Assembly: GCA_050117845.1 (NCBI GenBank) | Contig: JASFLY010000013.1 | Span: 6,829-70,828 of the forward strand | Source of the DNA: Candidatus Zixiibacteriota bacterium | GTDB lineage: Bacteria; RBG-13-66-14; B26-G2; WVWN01 | Direction of reading: 5' to 3' | Length of the DNA stretch: 64,000 nt | Shown here: piece by piece, positions 26,905 through 36,358 of the stretch | Layout of the letters: every line of letters begins with the position of its first letter | Position numbering within the stretch: position 1 is the first letter of the stretch | Translations under genes and position numbers: made by a program | The notes under the pieces: model-generated | Seen by the model: the letters and a program-made list of their open reading frames with translations, nothing else | What the model was told of the DNA's origin: nothing | The model's database searches: none

Positions 26905-28416
26905 ATGAGAGGCGAGGGAGTGACGCCGGTTTTCGAACCGGCAGCGTTCGCGTGTAACCTGGCGGCGGCCGCTTTTTTGTGTGTAATCGCCGCGGGGTGG
27001 ATCGATATCTGGGGCATCCTAACGGCCTTGACGCCCCAGAACGAAAGTCCCAACGAGGTTTTACCGGTCGTCGGCCAGATTAGATTGGGGGCGGGCGTGG
27101 CCGCGGCCTTTTTTGCGGCGCGCGCTTTCGGCGTGTTCCGTTTACCCTGGCGCCGCCGTTTGGCCGGGATTACGGCTCGGCGTTCTAACACGACATGGTT
27201 TTTAATAATATTCGGCGCGGCTCTGGCCTTGCGGCTTGGCTACGCCGCCGTGTCGCCGCCGCCACCAATCTCCGACGAGTCAAGCTACGACGCGTTAGCG
27301 CGAAGCGTATTGGCCGGCGGCGGTTTTTCGGAAGACGGCGTGCCCACGGCGTACCGGCCCGTCGGGTACGTCGCGGTTCTGGCCGTTTCGTACGCGGTTT
27401 TCGGCATTCACTTCTGGCCGGTAATTATTGTCCAATGTATCGTGGGAGCGGCAACCGCCGTGCTGACGTGGCGGTTGGCCGCTTTGTTCTTTAGCGAGAA
27501 CGCCGCCCGGGCGGCGGGACTGATCGTGGCGACGCTGCCGAGCCAGTGGGCGTATACGGCGCGTCTTTTCCCGGTGGCATTAATGGGTTTCTTTGTCGTC
27601 GCCGCGACCTACGTTAATATCAAATATGGTAAAACGGCGGCCGCGGCCGGCGCAGGTTTCCTGGCGGGCGTCGCGACCCTGGCGGCGCCGGTATTATCGT
27701 TTTTGCCCGGTGCCTTTTTTATAATGGATTTACTGGCGGGGCGAGGCCCGAAGCGCGCGTTGTTGCGCGCGGCCGTGGCGGCTTGCGTAACCGCGGCGGT
27801 GGTGGCCCCGTGGACGTACCGGAACTGGCGCGTACTCGACGCCTTCGTCCCGGTCTCGACGAACGGCGGCGTCGTTCTATGGATGGGGAATAACCCGGAC
27901 GCGAACGGCAGCTACGTATTTCCTCTCTCTCCGGCGAATCCCCTGTGGTCCGTGGCCGACGAGGTCGAGCGGGACCGCCTCGGCCGGCGATTGGCCCTGG
28001 AATATATTCGGGACGACCCGGGCGCTTTCCTGAAACTCCTTGTACCCAAGTTCGCCCACCTCTACGGTTCCGATATTTCCGCCTTCCAGTACGGGGCCGC
28101 CGTCAGAGGCATCGACGTTGCCGTGTCGGCGCGCTCCGTATCCGCTCGCCTGGCGCAAGCGGCGTACGCCCTTTTAATCGCGGGTTTTATTGTCGGTATG
28201 ATGAAGAACCGGCGGCGGATATTCGGCGCCGCCGGCGGGCGCTTGCGGTTGGCCGCGTTGCTCGTGATGCCGGCGTGTTTGACGGCCTGTTACCTCGTAT
28301 TCCACGGCTTTGACCGGTATCACTTCCCGATGCTGCCGTTTATGGCGATCCTGGCCGGGGCCGCGCTATGCGGCGACGGTGACCCCGCGCCGGCGAGGGG
28401 CGACGTCGAGCCGTAA
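26905..28416 (+). CDS. ArnT/PMT-like membrane glycosyltransferase (tandem paralog)
   Basis: Same architecture and motifs as the 25312..26793 gene (PPPISDESSYDALARSVLAGGGFSEDGVPTAYRPVGYVAVLAV). Confidence 0.6.
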   Translation: MRGEGVTPVFEPAAFACNLAAAAFLCVIAAGWIDIWGILTALTPQNESPNEVLPVVGQIRLGAGVAAAFFAARAFGVFRLPWRRRLAGITARRSNTTWFLIIFGAALALRLGYAAVSPPPPISDESSYDALARSVLAGGGFSEDGVPTAYRPVGYVAVLAVSYAVFGIHFWPVIIVQCIVGAATAVLTWRLAALFFSENAARAAGLIVATLPSQWAYTARLFPVALMGFFVVAATYVNIKYGKTAAAAGAGFLAGVATLAAPVLSFLPGAFFIMDLLAGRGPKRALLRAAVAACVTAAVVAPWTYRNWRVLDAFVPVSTNGGVVLWMGNNPDANGSYVFPLSPANPLWSVADEVERDRLGRRLALEYIRDDPGAFLKLLVPKFAHLYGSDISAFQYGAAVRGIDVAVSARSVSARLAQAAYALLIAGFIVGMMKNRRRIFGAAGGRLRLAALLVMPACLTACYLVFHGFDRYHFPMLPFMAILAGAALCGDGDPAPARGDVEP

Positions 28417-28440
28417 TAGGATACCCGCTCATGGCGAAAT

Positions 28441-28467
28441 AAAAAACCGGCCCTGAGGCCGGTTTTT
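28441..28467. terminator. Bidirectional terminator (AAAAAA, CCGGCC-CTGA-GGCCGG, TTTTT) between convergent genes
   Basis: A GC stem flanked by an A-tract and a T-tract. Confidence 0.65.
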
Positions 28468-28493
28468 ACATACGCGATTCAGGGGGGGAACGC

Positions 28494-29783
28494 TCAGTCC
28501 GCCAGCGCCTTCTCGGACAACTTGAGCGCGCACATATTGGAGCACATGGTGCACGTCTCCGAGAGGACTTGGGGCTCGTTCTCGCGCCGCCGCCTCTCGG
28601 CTTCCGCCGGGTCGATGGCGAGTTCGGCCTGGCGCTTCCAGTCGAAGGCCCGGCGGGCCCGCGACATCTCCAGGTCCCATTCCGCCGCGCCGGGTATCCC
28701 CTTCGCGATGTCGCCGGCGTGCGCGGCGATGCGGGAGGCGATGACGCCCAGCCGCACGTCCTCGGGGCCGGGAAGGCTGATGTGTTCCGACGGCGTAACG
28801 TAGCAAAGGAAGTCCACGCCCGCGGCCGCGGCGATGGCCCCGCCGATGGCCGCCGTGATGTGGTCGTAGCCCGGGGCCACGTCCGTGACGAGCGGCCCCA
28901 GCGTGTAGAACGGCGTTCCGTCGCTGACGTCCTTTTGCAAGCGGATGTGCTCGGCCACGGCGTTCAGCGGGACGTGGCCCGGCCCTTCCAGCATGACCTG
29001 GGCGCCGCCCTGCCGGGAGCGCCGGGCGAGTTCGGCCAGCGTCAAAAGTTCGGTTATCTGGGCGCGGTCGTTGGCGTCGGCGAGGCAGCCGGGCCGCAGG
29101 CCGTCCCCCAGCGAGAACGTGAAGTCGTACTCCACGGCCATCGCGACGAGCCGGTCGAAGAACTCGTAGAACGGGTTCTCGGCCTTGTTGCGCGCCATCC
29201 ACCCGGCCATCAACGCGCCGCCCCTAGAAACGATGTCGAGTTCGCGGCGTTGACTTTTGAGGCGTTCTATGGCGTAGCGCGTGACGCCGGCGTGCAGCGT
29301 CATGAAGGAGACGCCGTCCCGGGCGTGGGTCTCGACGACGTCGAACAACTCGTCGACCGTGGCGTCTTCGAATTCCCGGCCCTCGTCGGCCAGCCGCGCC
29401 GCCAGCTCGTACACCGGAACGGTCCCGAGGGGGAGCGTCGTCTCGGCGATGACGGCCTTGCGAATGGCGCGGAGGTCGCCGCCGGTGGAGAGGTCCATCA
29501 GCGCGTCGGCGCCGGCCTCTTCCGCTACGCGGGTCTTGCAGAGTTCGAACTGGACGTCGGCGTGGTCGCGGCTGGTGCCGATGTTGGCGTTGACCTTGGT
29601 GCGCAGGCCCCCGCCGATGGCGACGGCGCGAACCCTCTCGCCGAGCGCTTTATTGAAGGGGAGAACCGCCGTCCCGCCGGCCACCGCCGCCCGGAGTTCC
29701 TCCGGCGTAAGGGGCTCGTTTTCCACGGCGCGGGTGACTTCATGAGTTATGCGGCCCTCGACGGCCGCCTGTAGTTGCGTCAT
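28494..29783 (-). CDS. thiC: Phosphomethylpyrimidine synthase (HMP-P synthase, radical SAM)
   Basis: Full-length ThiC-like sequence with the C-terminal CTMCSNMCAL (CX2CX4C) motif. Start set at MTQLQ (29783), preceded by an AGGAAA RBS. Confidence 0.85.
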   Translation of the reverse strand: MTQLQAAVEGRITHEVTRAVENEPLTPEELRAAVAGGTAVLPFNKALGERVRAVAIGGGLRTKVNANIGTSRDHADVQFELCKTRVAEEAGADALMDLSTGGDLRAIRKAVIAETTLPLGTVPVYELAARLADEGREFEDATVDELFDVVETHARDGVSFMTLHAGVTRYAIERLKSQRRELDIVSRGGALMAGWMARNKAENPFYEFFDRLVAMAVEYDFTFSLGDGLRPGCLADANDRAQITELLTLAELARRSRQGGAQVMLEGPGHVPLNAVAEHIRLQKDVSDGTPFYTLGPLVTDVAPGYDHITAAIGGAIAAAAGVDFLCYVTPSEHISLPGPEDVRLGVIASRIAAHAGDIAKGIPGAAEWDLEMSRARRAFDWKRQAELAIDPAEAERRRRENEPQVLSETCTMCSNMCALKLSEKALAD

Positions 29784-30055
29784 TTTCCTATCATCTCCGG
29801 ACTTTTCGTATGTATAAGTGTAATAAAAACCACGTATAAAAGTCAAGGTGATTTGGGGTTAAACGTGCCGTCAGATGTTACCATATGGCGGCCTCAACGA
29901 AGCTGCGGGGAACGGCGGGCGTAAAGCCCGCCGCTTCAATATTGAGTAACAAATGCAGGTTCCCGCTTCCGAGTCCTTGATTGGCCGGCGATATAACATT
30001 ATAATGGGCGAGTAATTATTATACCTCACCGGAACCACAGCGAAGGGGTGCACCC

Positions 30056-31723
30056 ATGCCTACCGACCTCGATATCGCCCGCGCCGCGACCATGCGGCCC
30101 ATCGTCGAAATAGCCGCCGAACTCGGCCTGACCGAGGACGACCTAGAACTCTACGGGAAGTACAAGGCCAAGGTCAAACTGGAGGCGCTCGCCGCCCGGC
30201 GCGACAAGCTGAGCAAGCAGCTGGTGCTCGTGTCCGCCATCACGCCCACTCCCGCGGGGGAGGGCAAGACCACCACCTCCATCGGCCTGGCGATGGGCCT
30301 GAACCGCCTGGGCGAACGGGCGTGCCTGGCCCTGCGCGAACCGAGCCTGGGGCCCGCTCTCGGCATGAAGGGCGGCGCGGCCGGCGGCGGCCACAGCCAG
30401 GTCCTGCCGATGCAGGACATCAACCTCCACTTCACGGGCGACATCCACGCCGTGGGCTCGGCGCACAACCTCCTTACGGCGATGGCCGACAACCACATCT
30501 ACCGGCGCCTCGAGCCCCGCCTCGACCCACGCCGCGTGAAATGGGGCCGCGTGCTCGACGTCAACGACCGGGAACTCCGCGACATCGTCGTCGGCCTGGG
30601 GAACCCCACCGACGGCGTTCCCCACGAGTCCTTCTTCGACATCACCGCCGCCTCGGAAGTTATGGCGATACTCTGCCTGGCGGAGGACCTGGCGGACCTC
30701 AAGCGCCGCGTCGGCAACATCCTGGTCGGCTTCACGTACGACCGGGAGCCGGTGTTCGCCCGGGACCTCGGCGCCGCCGGCGCCATGACGGTTATCCTGC
30801 GCGACGCGCTACAGCCCAACCTCGTCCAGACCATAGAGGGAACGCCGGCCTTCGTCCACGGCGGCCCCTTCGCCAACATCGCCCAGGGGACCAACTCCGT
30901 CGTGGCGACGAAGATGGCGCTCGCCCTCTCCGACTGGTGCATCACCGAGGCCGGCTTCGGCTTCGACCTGGGCGCGGAGAAGTTCTTCGACATCAAGTGC
31001 ACCTCGGCCGGCCTGGACACCGTGGCCGTCGTCCTGGTCGGGACGATCCGGGCGCTCAAGATGCACGGCGGCCGGTCCCTCAAGGAGTTGGCGGAACCGG
31101 ACCCGGCGGCGGTCGAGCGGGGCCTGCCGAACCTCGCCAAGCACCTCGAGAGTATCTGCCAGTTCAAGGAGACGCCGGTCGTAACCGTCAATAAATACTC
31201 GAGCGATACCGACGACGAGATAGCCGTGGTCCGCGAGTACTGCGAGGGGCGGGACGTCCCGTTCGCCGTCTGCGACGGCTGGGCCCGGGGCGGCGAGGGC
31301 GCTCTGGAACTGGCGGAGGCGGTGCGCGCCTCCGTGCCGGCCAACACGCCCTTCGAGCCGATGTACCGGCCCGAGGATTCCATCGAGGATAAGATATTCA
31401 AGGTCGCGAGCAAGGTCTACGGCGCCGAGGCGGTGGACTTCACGCCGCAGGCCAAGAAGGATATTCGGCGCATCAAGAAACTCGGCTACGAGGGGTTCCC
31501 GGTGTGCATCGCCAAGACGCAGAAATCCCTCTCCGATAACCCGAAGCTCCTGGGCAGGCCGGAGGACTTTTTGGTCACCGTGCGCGGGATAATCATCAAC
31601 GCCGGCGCCGGCTTCCTGGTGCCGCTGACGGGGGACATCATTAGGATGCCGGGCCTCCCGGCCGTCCCCGCGGCCACGCGGCTGGACGTGGACGAGAACG
31701 GCGACATCGTCGGCCTGGAATAG
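30056..31723 (+). CDS. fhs: Formate--tetrahydrofolate ligase
   Basis: MPTDLDIARAATMRPIVEIAAELGL...TPTPAGEGKTTTSIGL is the FTHFS signature. Confidence 0.9.
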   Translation: MPTDLDIARAATMRPIVEIAAELGLTEDDLELYGKYKAKVKLEALAARRDKLSKQLVLVSAITPTPAGEGKTTTSIGLAMGLNRLGERACLALREPSLGPALGMKGGAAGGGHSQVLPMQDINLHFTGDIHAVGSAHNLLTAMADNHIYRRLEPRLDPRRVKWGRVLDVNDRELRDIVVGLGNPTDGVPHESFFDITAASEVMAILCLAEDLADLKRRVGNILVGFTYDREPVFARDLGAAGAMTVILRDALQPNLVQTIEGTPAFVHGGPFANIAQGTNSVVATKMALALSDWCITEAGFGFDLGAEKFFDIKCTSAGLDTVAVVLVGTIRALKMHGGRSLKELAEPDPAAVERGLPNLAKHLESICQFKETPVVTVNKYSSDTDDEIAVVREYCEGRDVPFAVCDGWARGGEGALELAEAVRASVPANTPFEPMYRPEDSIEDKIFKVASKVYGAEAVDFTPQAKKDIRRIKKLGYEGFPVCIAKTQKSLSDNPKLLGRPEDFLVTVRGIIINAGAGFLVPLTGDIIRMPGLPAVPAATRLDVDENGDIVGLE

Positions 31724-31860
31724 CGCCGGGTCGAACCTTCCCATTACCTATAACGTAGCGGCGGCCTTTAAGGCCGCCGTAGCGTTACGGCCGGCATAAA
31801 GCCGGCCGCTTCAGAGGGCGGTATTTTCGGGCGCCGCCGGTTGTTAAGACTCGGCGGCTT

Positions 31861-31951
31861 CCCATATGATTTAGGAAAATAATCCGGCGGGGTCGCCGGA
31901 AAAACCCATATGATTTCGGAAAAAAACCGCCCGAACGGGCGGCTTTTTTGG
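31861..31951. repeat. Two tandem ~45-bp imperfect direct repeats (CCCATATGATTT[A/C]GGAAAA... + GC hairpin)
   Basis: Direct comparison of 31861-31905 with 31906-31951. Each unit carries a CATATG palindrome and a GC hairpin. Confidence 0.6.
31921..31949. terminator. Bidirectional rho-independent terminator (A7, CCGCCC-GAAC-GGGCGG, T6) shared by convergent fhs and the radical SAM gene
   Basis: GC stem with flanking A- and T-tracts. Additional GC hairpins lie at 31757-31781 and 31790-31808. Confidence 0.7.
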
Positions 31952-32036
31952 TAGCGAATAAACGGGAATGGAGCGAAATAAACCGCCGAGTTACTTAAAG
32001 TTGTTTATACGCATCGGCGCGTAACGGCCTCATATT

Positions 32037-33530
32037 TCAATCGCTGGGGTTCGCCCGGGTCGCCAACTCCTGCGGGGCGACGCGGGGGGAGTGGGCGCCG
32101 CAGCTCTCGGCGTCCGGTTCCTCCTGGCCCTCGGGCGTGGGGTAGAAGCCGAACTGCCGCATGGCCGCGAGTTTGGGCAGGACGTTATTTTCGAGGTCAA
32201 TGTGGAAGAAGCCGGGGAAGACGTCGGCGTTGTCGACGATGAGGTCGAAGTAGCTGTTGTACTTGTCGGGCAGCGAGACCTCGCCGCCCACGCAGACCTC
32301 GTGGCCGGTGAAGACGAACTCCGGAAAGAGGTAGGGGCAGAACTCGAGCGTCGTCTTGGCGGCCCATTCCTCGTAGATGGGCGTCTGCGGCAGCAGCGAC
32401 AGCAGGCTCGGGAGGATGCGCGCCCCCATCATTCGGAACGAGACCATCTGGAAGAGCGACTGGTGGAAGTCCTCCATCGTCTCGAACGGGAATCCCCACA
32501 CGTAGAAGGCGTCGACGCGGGGGAAGATTTCTATCGCCTGCGGGATGAGGTCCAGCGTCTCCTGGGCCGTGAATCCTTTCTTGATGAGCCCTAGGATGCG
32601 GTCGGAGCCGGACTCGATGCCGAAGCGCAACTCCAGGCAGCCGCTGTCGGCCATCGCCTTCATCATCTCCACGTCGCAGAGGTTGACGCGGCCGAAGGCC
32701 TTCCAGTTGACGTCGAGGCCGGACCCCTCGAGTTCCCGGCAGAACTCCATGACCTGCTTCTTGCCCGAGACGAAGAACTCGTCCTGGAATAAAAAGAGGT
32801 CTACGCCCGCCTCCTCGTGCAGGACGCGCATCTCGTCCACGATGCTCTTCGCGCTGCGGGAGTAGCTCTCGTAGTTCCAGACGGGCGCCACCGAGCAAAA
32901 GGTGCAAGGGTAGGGGCAACCGCGGCTCGTCATCATGCCGTAGCCGGCGTACTCGCCGAGCTCTATCTTGTGGAAGGCGGGCAGGGGAATGCCGTCGAGG
33001 TCGGCCATGCGTTCCCGGTTCGGGTTGTGGACGACGCGGCCTTCGTCGCGGTAGGAGATGCCCGCCACGGCCGAGAGGTCTCCCCCGCGCGAGAGGGTCC
33101 CGACGAGCTCGGGGCCCGTGAGTTCCGCCTCGCCCCGGCAGACGACGTCCACCCACGGGAAGCGCGTCAATACCTTGTCCTCCACCGACTTCGACCCCAC
33201 GCCCCCCAGGACGAGCTTCCGGTCCGGGTAGCGCTCCCGCAGGGCCCGGAGGGCCATGAGGGAGAAGGGCAGGAGGTTGGCCATGCACGACAGGCCGATG
33301 ACGGGCGCCGGGTCGTCCAGGTAGTCGAGGAAGACGTCCATGTCGAACGGGTCGTCCGACGGGCAGCGCTGGTAGTCGCGGAAGTCGACGTCGAAGCCGG
33401 CGTCCTCCAGCGCCGTGGTCAGGTAGAGCGGCCCGAGGGGGACGTGCAGTTCGCGCTCGACCTCCTCGCCGTAGCGGATAAAAAGCATGTTTAGATTTAC
33501 GAGCGTGATGTCGCCGGGCATATCATTCAC
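32037..33530 (-). CDS. B12-binding (class B) radical SAM enzyme
   Basis: N-terminal cobalamin-binding-like Rossmann region (LGPLYLTTALEDAGFDVDFRD...VIGLSCM), then the radical SAM CxxxCxxC motif (SRGCPYPCTFCS) and a glycine-rich SAM-binding region. Its start overlaps the upstream paralog by 8 nt, suggesting co-transcription. Confidence 0.8.
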   Translation of the reverse strand: MNDMPGDITLVNLNMLFIRYGEEVERELHVPLGPLYLTTALEDAGFDVDFRDYQRCPSDDPFDMDVFLDYLDDPAPVIGLSCMANLLPFSLMALRALRERYPDRKLVLGGVGSKSVEDKVLTRFPWVDVVCRGEAELTGPELVGTLSRGGDLSAVAGISYRDEGRVVHNPNRERMADLDGIPLPAFHKIELGEYAGYGMMTSRGCPYPCTFCSVAPVWNYESYSRSAKSIVDEMRVLHEEAGVDLFLFQDEFFVSGKKQVMEFCRELEGSGLDVNWKAFGRVNLCDVEMMKAMADSGCLELRFGIESGSDRILGLIKKGFTAQETLDLIPQAIEIFPRVDAFYVWGFPFETMEDFHQSLFQMVSFRMMGARILPSLLSLLPQTPIYEEWAAKTTLEFCPYLFPEFVFTGHEVCVGGEVSLPDKYNSYFDLIVDNADVFPGFFHIDLENNVLPKLAAMRQFGFYPTPEGQEEPDAESCGAHSPRVAPQELATRANPSD

Positions 33531-34242
33531 CGGTTCCTTCGCTTGGTTTGTCGGGTTGTATCCCCACGCTGAGCGGTATTATCGGTTTGGGGTGGGGGTT
33601 GGACGCTTCTACTTCTATCGTGACGGCCGTCCGTTCTCCCGCTCGGACTTGTACGCCCGGCAAGGTTGCGAGGGCAAAATCGTCGCTGGGGCGGAACGCG
33701 TATAACTCGTAAGTTCCGGGGCGCAGGTTTCTAAAGCGGAAGCCGCCGTCTTTTCCGGGCCGGGCGTAAAAATCGGTCCCCGCGATATTGACCCATACGT
33801 CGCTTCCGGGGCCGCCGGACGCGCCGACAACGACGCCGGTTATTACGCCGGTGTCATCGGCGATTTCCCCCGCAGGTATTTCCTCCGGGTTCGCGGGCTC
33901 CGGCGCCTCGCGGGAGATTTCCGGCGTTCCCGTTTCGGCCGCGCGTTCGTTTCCTTCTCCCTTGCACCCGGAGGCCGCCGTCCCCATCGCCGCGAGCATT
34001 GCCGTAGCGGTCGCGCCGAGTAGTACGGGCCGCAGGCTCGGCCTCACCTTCGTACGAGCTATTATTGCTTTAAGCTGTTCCTCGGGCACGGCGCCCAGCA
34101 ACGCCGCCTCGGCCGGCGTCAACGCGAGCGCGACGTCGTCGGCCGCGCCGGCACGTTTCGCCAGTAACGCTTTCCTGAAGGCCGGGTCCACCGCGGCCTT
34201 CTTGATTAATACCTCTATATTTCGGGACAACGGCGCCGCCAT
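33523..34242 (-). CDS. Paralog P1: conserved N-domain, hydrophobic helix ending ...ASGC, Pro/acidic spacer, CarboxypepD_reg-like domain, GIQPDKP tail
   Basis: N-domain NIEVLIKKAAVDPAFRKALLAKRAGAADDVALALTPAEAALLGAVPEEQLKAIIARTKV. C-domain GVITGVVVGASGGPGSDVWVNIAGTDFYARPGKDGGFRFRNLRPGTYELYAF. Confidence 0.7.
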   Translation of the reverse strand: MAAPLSRNIEVLIKKAAVDPAFRKALLAKRAGAADDVALALTPAEAALLGAVPEEQLKAIIARTKVRPSLRPVLLGATATAMLAAMGTAASGCKGEGNERAAETGTPEISREAPEPANPEEIPAGEIADDTGVITGVVVGASGGPGSDVWVNIAGTDFYARPGKDGGFRFRNLRPGTYELYAFRPSDDFALATLPGVQVRAGERTAVTIEVEASNPHPKPIIPLSVGIQPDKPSEGTGE

Positions 34243-34243
34243 G

Positions 34244-34951
34244 TCATTCGCCTCTCTCGTCGGGCCAGTCCGGCAGGATACCTGCCGGTACTGGTCTGAG
34301 GCGGATTTCGTCTTTTGTATTTAGCTCCAACGAAACTTCCGTTTTTACCCCAACTTCCGCTTCGATCCGGGAACGGTTTAAAGGCGCATAACCGTCCACG
34401 TCGAAAATGAGAGTGTAGGTGCCGGGGAGAACGGGGGAGAGGACGTAGAAGCCGCGGCTATTCGTAACCGTTTCCTGGCCGGTCTCGTCAATTATGACCT
34501 CGGCGTTAACGAACGGCTTGCCGAACTCGTTGATGACGCGGCCGTAGATGACGCCGGCGTCCTCGGGTGTGTCGATATCGTCGGCGTTGTCGATATCGTT
34601 ATCTAAGGGCGCGTCCGGGATATCGGGCCCGGGGTCAATGCCGGTGACGATTAGCTCCCATTTATTCTCATCCTCGCCGTACGCCCCGGCGGTCAATGCC
34701 GCGAGCATCGCCGTAGCGGTCGCGCCGAGCAGTACGGGCCTCAGGCTCGGCCTTACCTTCGTACGAGCTATAATTGCTTTAAGATGTTCCTCTGGCACGA
34801 CGCCCAGCAACGCCGCCTCGGCGGCCGTTAGCGTAAGCGCGACTTCCTCGGCCGCGCCGGCACGTTTCGCCAGCAACGTCTTCCTGAAGGCCGGGTCCAC
34901 CGCGGCTTTCTTGATCAATACCTCGATATTTCGGGACAGCGGGGCCGCCAT
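34244..34951 (-). CDS. Paralog P2: same N-domain, CarboxypepD_reg-like C-domain
   Basis: N-domain nearly identical to P1. C-domain GVIYGRVINEFGKPFVNAEVIIDETGQETVTNSRGFYVLSPVLPGTYTL. Ends GILPDWPDERGE. Confidence 0.7.
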   Translation of the reverse strand: MAAPLSRNIEVLIKKAAVDPAFRKTLLAKRAGAAEEVALTLTAAEAALLGVVPEEHLKAIIARTKVRPSLRPVLLGATATAMLAALTAGAYGEDENKWELIVTGIDPGPDIPDAPLDNDIDNADDIDTPEDAGVIYGRVINEFGKPFVNAEVIIDETGQETVTNSRGFYVLSPVLPGTYTLIFDVDGYAPLNRSRIEAEVGVKTEVSLELNTKDEIRLRPVPAGILPDWPDERGE

Positions 34952-34952
34952 G

Positions 34953-35660
34953 TCATTCGCCCTCTCCGTCGGGCCGGTCGGGCCGGATGCCGGTTCCCAT
35001 GCCGCTACCGTAAAGCTCTATGCCGGGTTGAATGTATACCTGCAACGAAACGTCGGTTTTCATCCCTTCCCGGACTTCGACGTCTTTTTGTTTTTCCCTT
35101 TCCGCGCCCGGTACGTAGACGACGACGGTATATTTCCCCGGCGGAACGGGGGACACGACGTAATAGCCGTGGCGGTTCGTGATGGTGTCGATTTCCAACT
35201 CTTCGATTTGTACGGTTATAAATGGTACGGGCTCGCCGTCCTGGTCGCGGATGCAGCCGTAGATGAGGCCAGCCCCCTCCGGGACCTCGAGACCCTCCGG
35301 GCTGTCCATCGTATAGCTGTACGTTTCCGGCGGAACGCCGGGTTGGGCGCCGTAGCTTTTGACCGGTGCGTCGTCGACTTCGGCGGGAGTCGCCCGGGTC
35401 GCGAGGGCCGCGAGCATCGCCGCCGCCGCGTAACCGAGGAACACGGGACGGAGACCCGGGCTCACCCTGGTCCGGCCCACGATCGCTTTGAGCTGGTCCT
35501 CGGGCACGGCTTCGAGTATCGCCGCCTCGGCGGCCGTCAGCGTAAGCGCGATGTCGTCGGCCGCGCCGGCGCGCTTCTCGAGTAGCTTCTTCTTGAAGGC
35601 CGGGTCGACCGCGGCCTTGTGGATTAATACTTCGACGTTCCGGGGGGCCTCTCCGGGCAT
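34953..35660 (-). CDS. Paralog P3: same N-domain, CarboxypepD_reg-like C-domain
   Basis: MPGEAPRNVEVLIHKAAVDPAFKKKLL.... C-domain GLIYGCIRDQDGEPVPFITVQIEE...NRHGYYVVSPVPPGKYTV. Ends GIRPDRPDGEGE. Confidence 0.7.
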   Translation of the reverse strand: MPGEAPRNVEVLIHKAAVDPAFKKKLLEKRAGAADDIALTLTAAEAAILEAVPEDQLKAIVGRTRVSPGLRPVFLGYAAAAMLAALATRATPAEVDDAPVKSYGAQPGVPPETYSYTMDSPEGLEVPEGAGLIYGCIRDQDGEPVPFITVQIEELEIDTITNRHGYYVVSPVPPGKYTVVVYVPGAEREKQKDVEVREGMKTDVSLQVYIQPGIELYGSGMGTGIRPDRPDGEGE

Positions 35661-35661
35661 A

Positions 35662-36357
35662 TTATTCGCCTTTCTCTTCGGGGAGGTCGGGGCGGATTCC
35701 CGTTACGGGGTGTTCTCCGGGGCCGAGGATCAGTTTTACCGATACTTCGGTTTTCATCCCTTCCCGCACTTCGACGTGGGAGCGGGGCTCTTTCCCGTAT
35801 CCGGACATCGCGAAGCTGAGGTCGTGGAAACCCGGGGGGACCGGCGTCAGGACATAGAAACCGTAGCGATTCGTTGCCGTCTCCATCCCCAGATCGACGA
35901 TCGTTACGACTACGTTCGAAGCCGGGTCGCCGAACTCGTCGACGACGCGGCCGAAGATAACGCCGGCGTCGTCGGGTACGTCGATATCCGCGGGGTCGTT
36001 TATAGTACTGTCGTAAATCCGGGGAGGGATAATCGGGTCGGCGCCGAAATTAATAACGGTCTCCCGCTGACTCGCTTCCTCGCCGTACGCCGCGGCGGCC
36101 AGCGCCGCCAGCATCGCCCCGGCGGTCGCGCCGAGTAGTACGGGCCGCAGGTTCGGGCTCACCTTCGTCCGGCCTATGATGGTTTTTAGCTGTTCGTCGG
36201 ACACGGCCTCGAGCATCGCGGCTTCCGCCGGCTCGAGCGCGAGCGCGATGTCGTCCGCGGCCCGGGCCCGTTTCGACAGGAGCGTTTCCTTGAACGCCGG
36301 ATCCACGGCGGCCTTTTTGATCAGCACTTCGACGTTCCGGGGGATTTCGCGCCGCAT
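35662..36357 (-). CDS. Paralog P4: same N-domain, CarboxypepD_reg-like C-domain
   Basis: MRREIPRNVEVLIKKAAVDPAFKETLL.... C-domain GVIFGRVVDEFGDPASNVVVTIVD...NRYGFYVLTPVPPGFHDL. Ends GIRPDLPEEKGE. Confidence 0.7.
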   Translation of the reverse strand: MRREIPRNVEVLIKKAAVDPAFKETLLSKRARAADDIALALEPAEAAMLEAVSDEQLKTIIGRTKVSPNLRPVLLGATAGAMLAALAAAAYGEEASQRETVINFGADPIIPPRIYDSTINDPADIDVPDDAGVIFGRVVDEFGDPASNVVVTIVDLGMETATNRYGFYVLTPVPPGFHDLSFAMSGYGKEPRSHVEVREGMKTEVSVKLILGPGEHPVTGIRPDLPEEKGE

Positions 36358-36358
36358 A

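Noticed and set aside
29784-30055. Canonical TPP riboswitch call upstream of thiC
   Set aside because: The CUGAGA box and the ACCUGAUCUGGAUAAUGCCAGCGUAGGGA core could not be found by eye. The observation is kept only as a low-confidence finding to be tested with Infernal.
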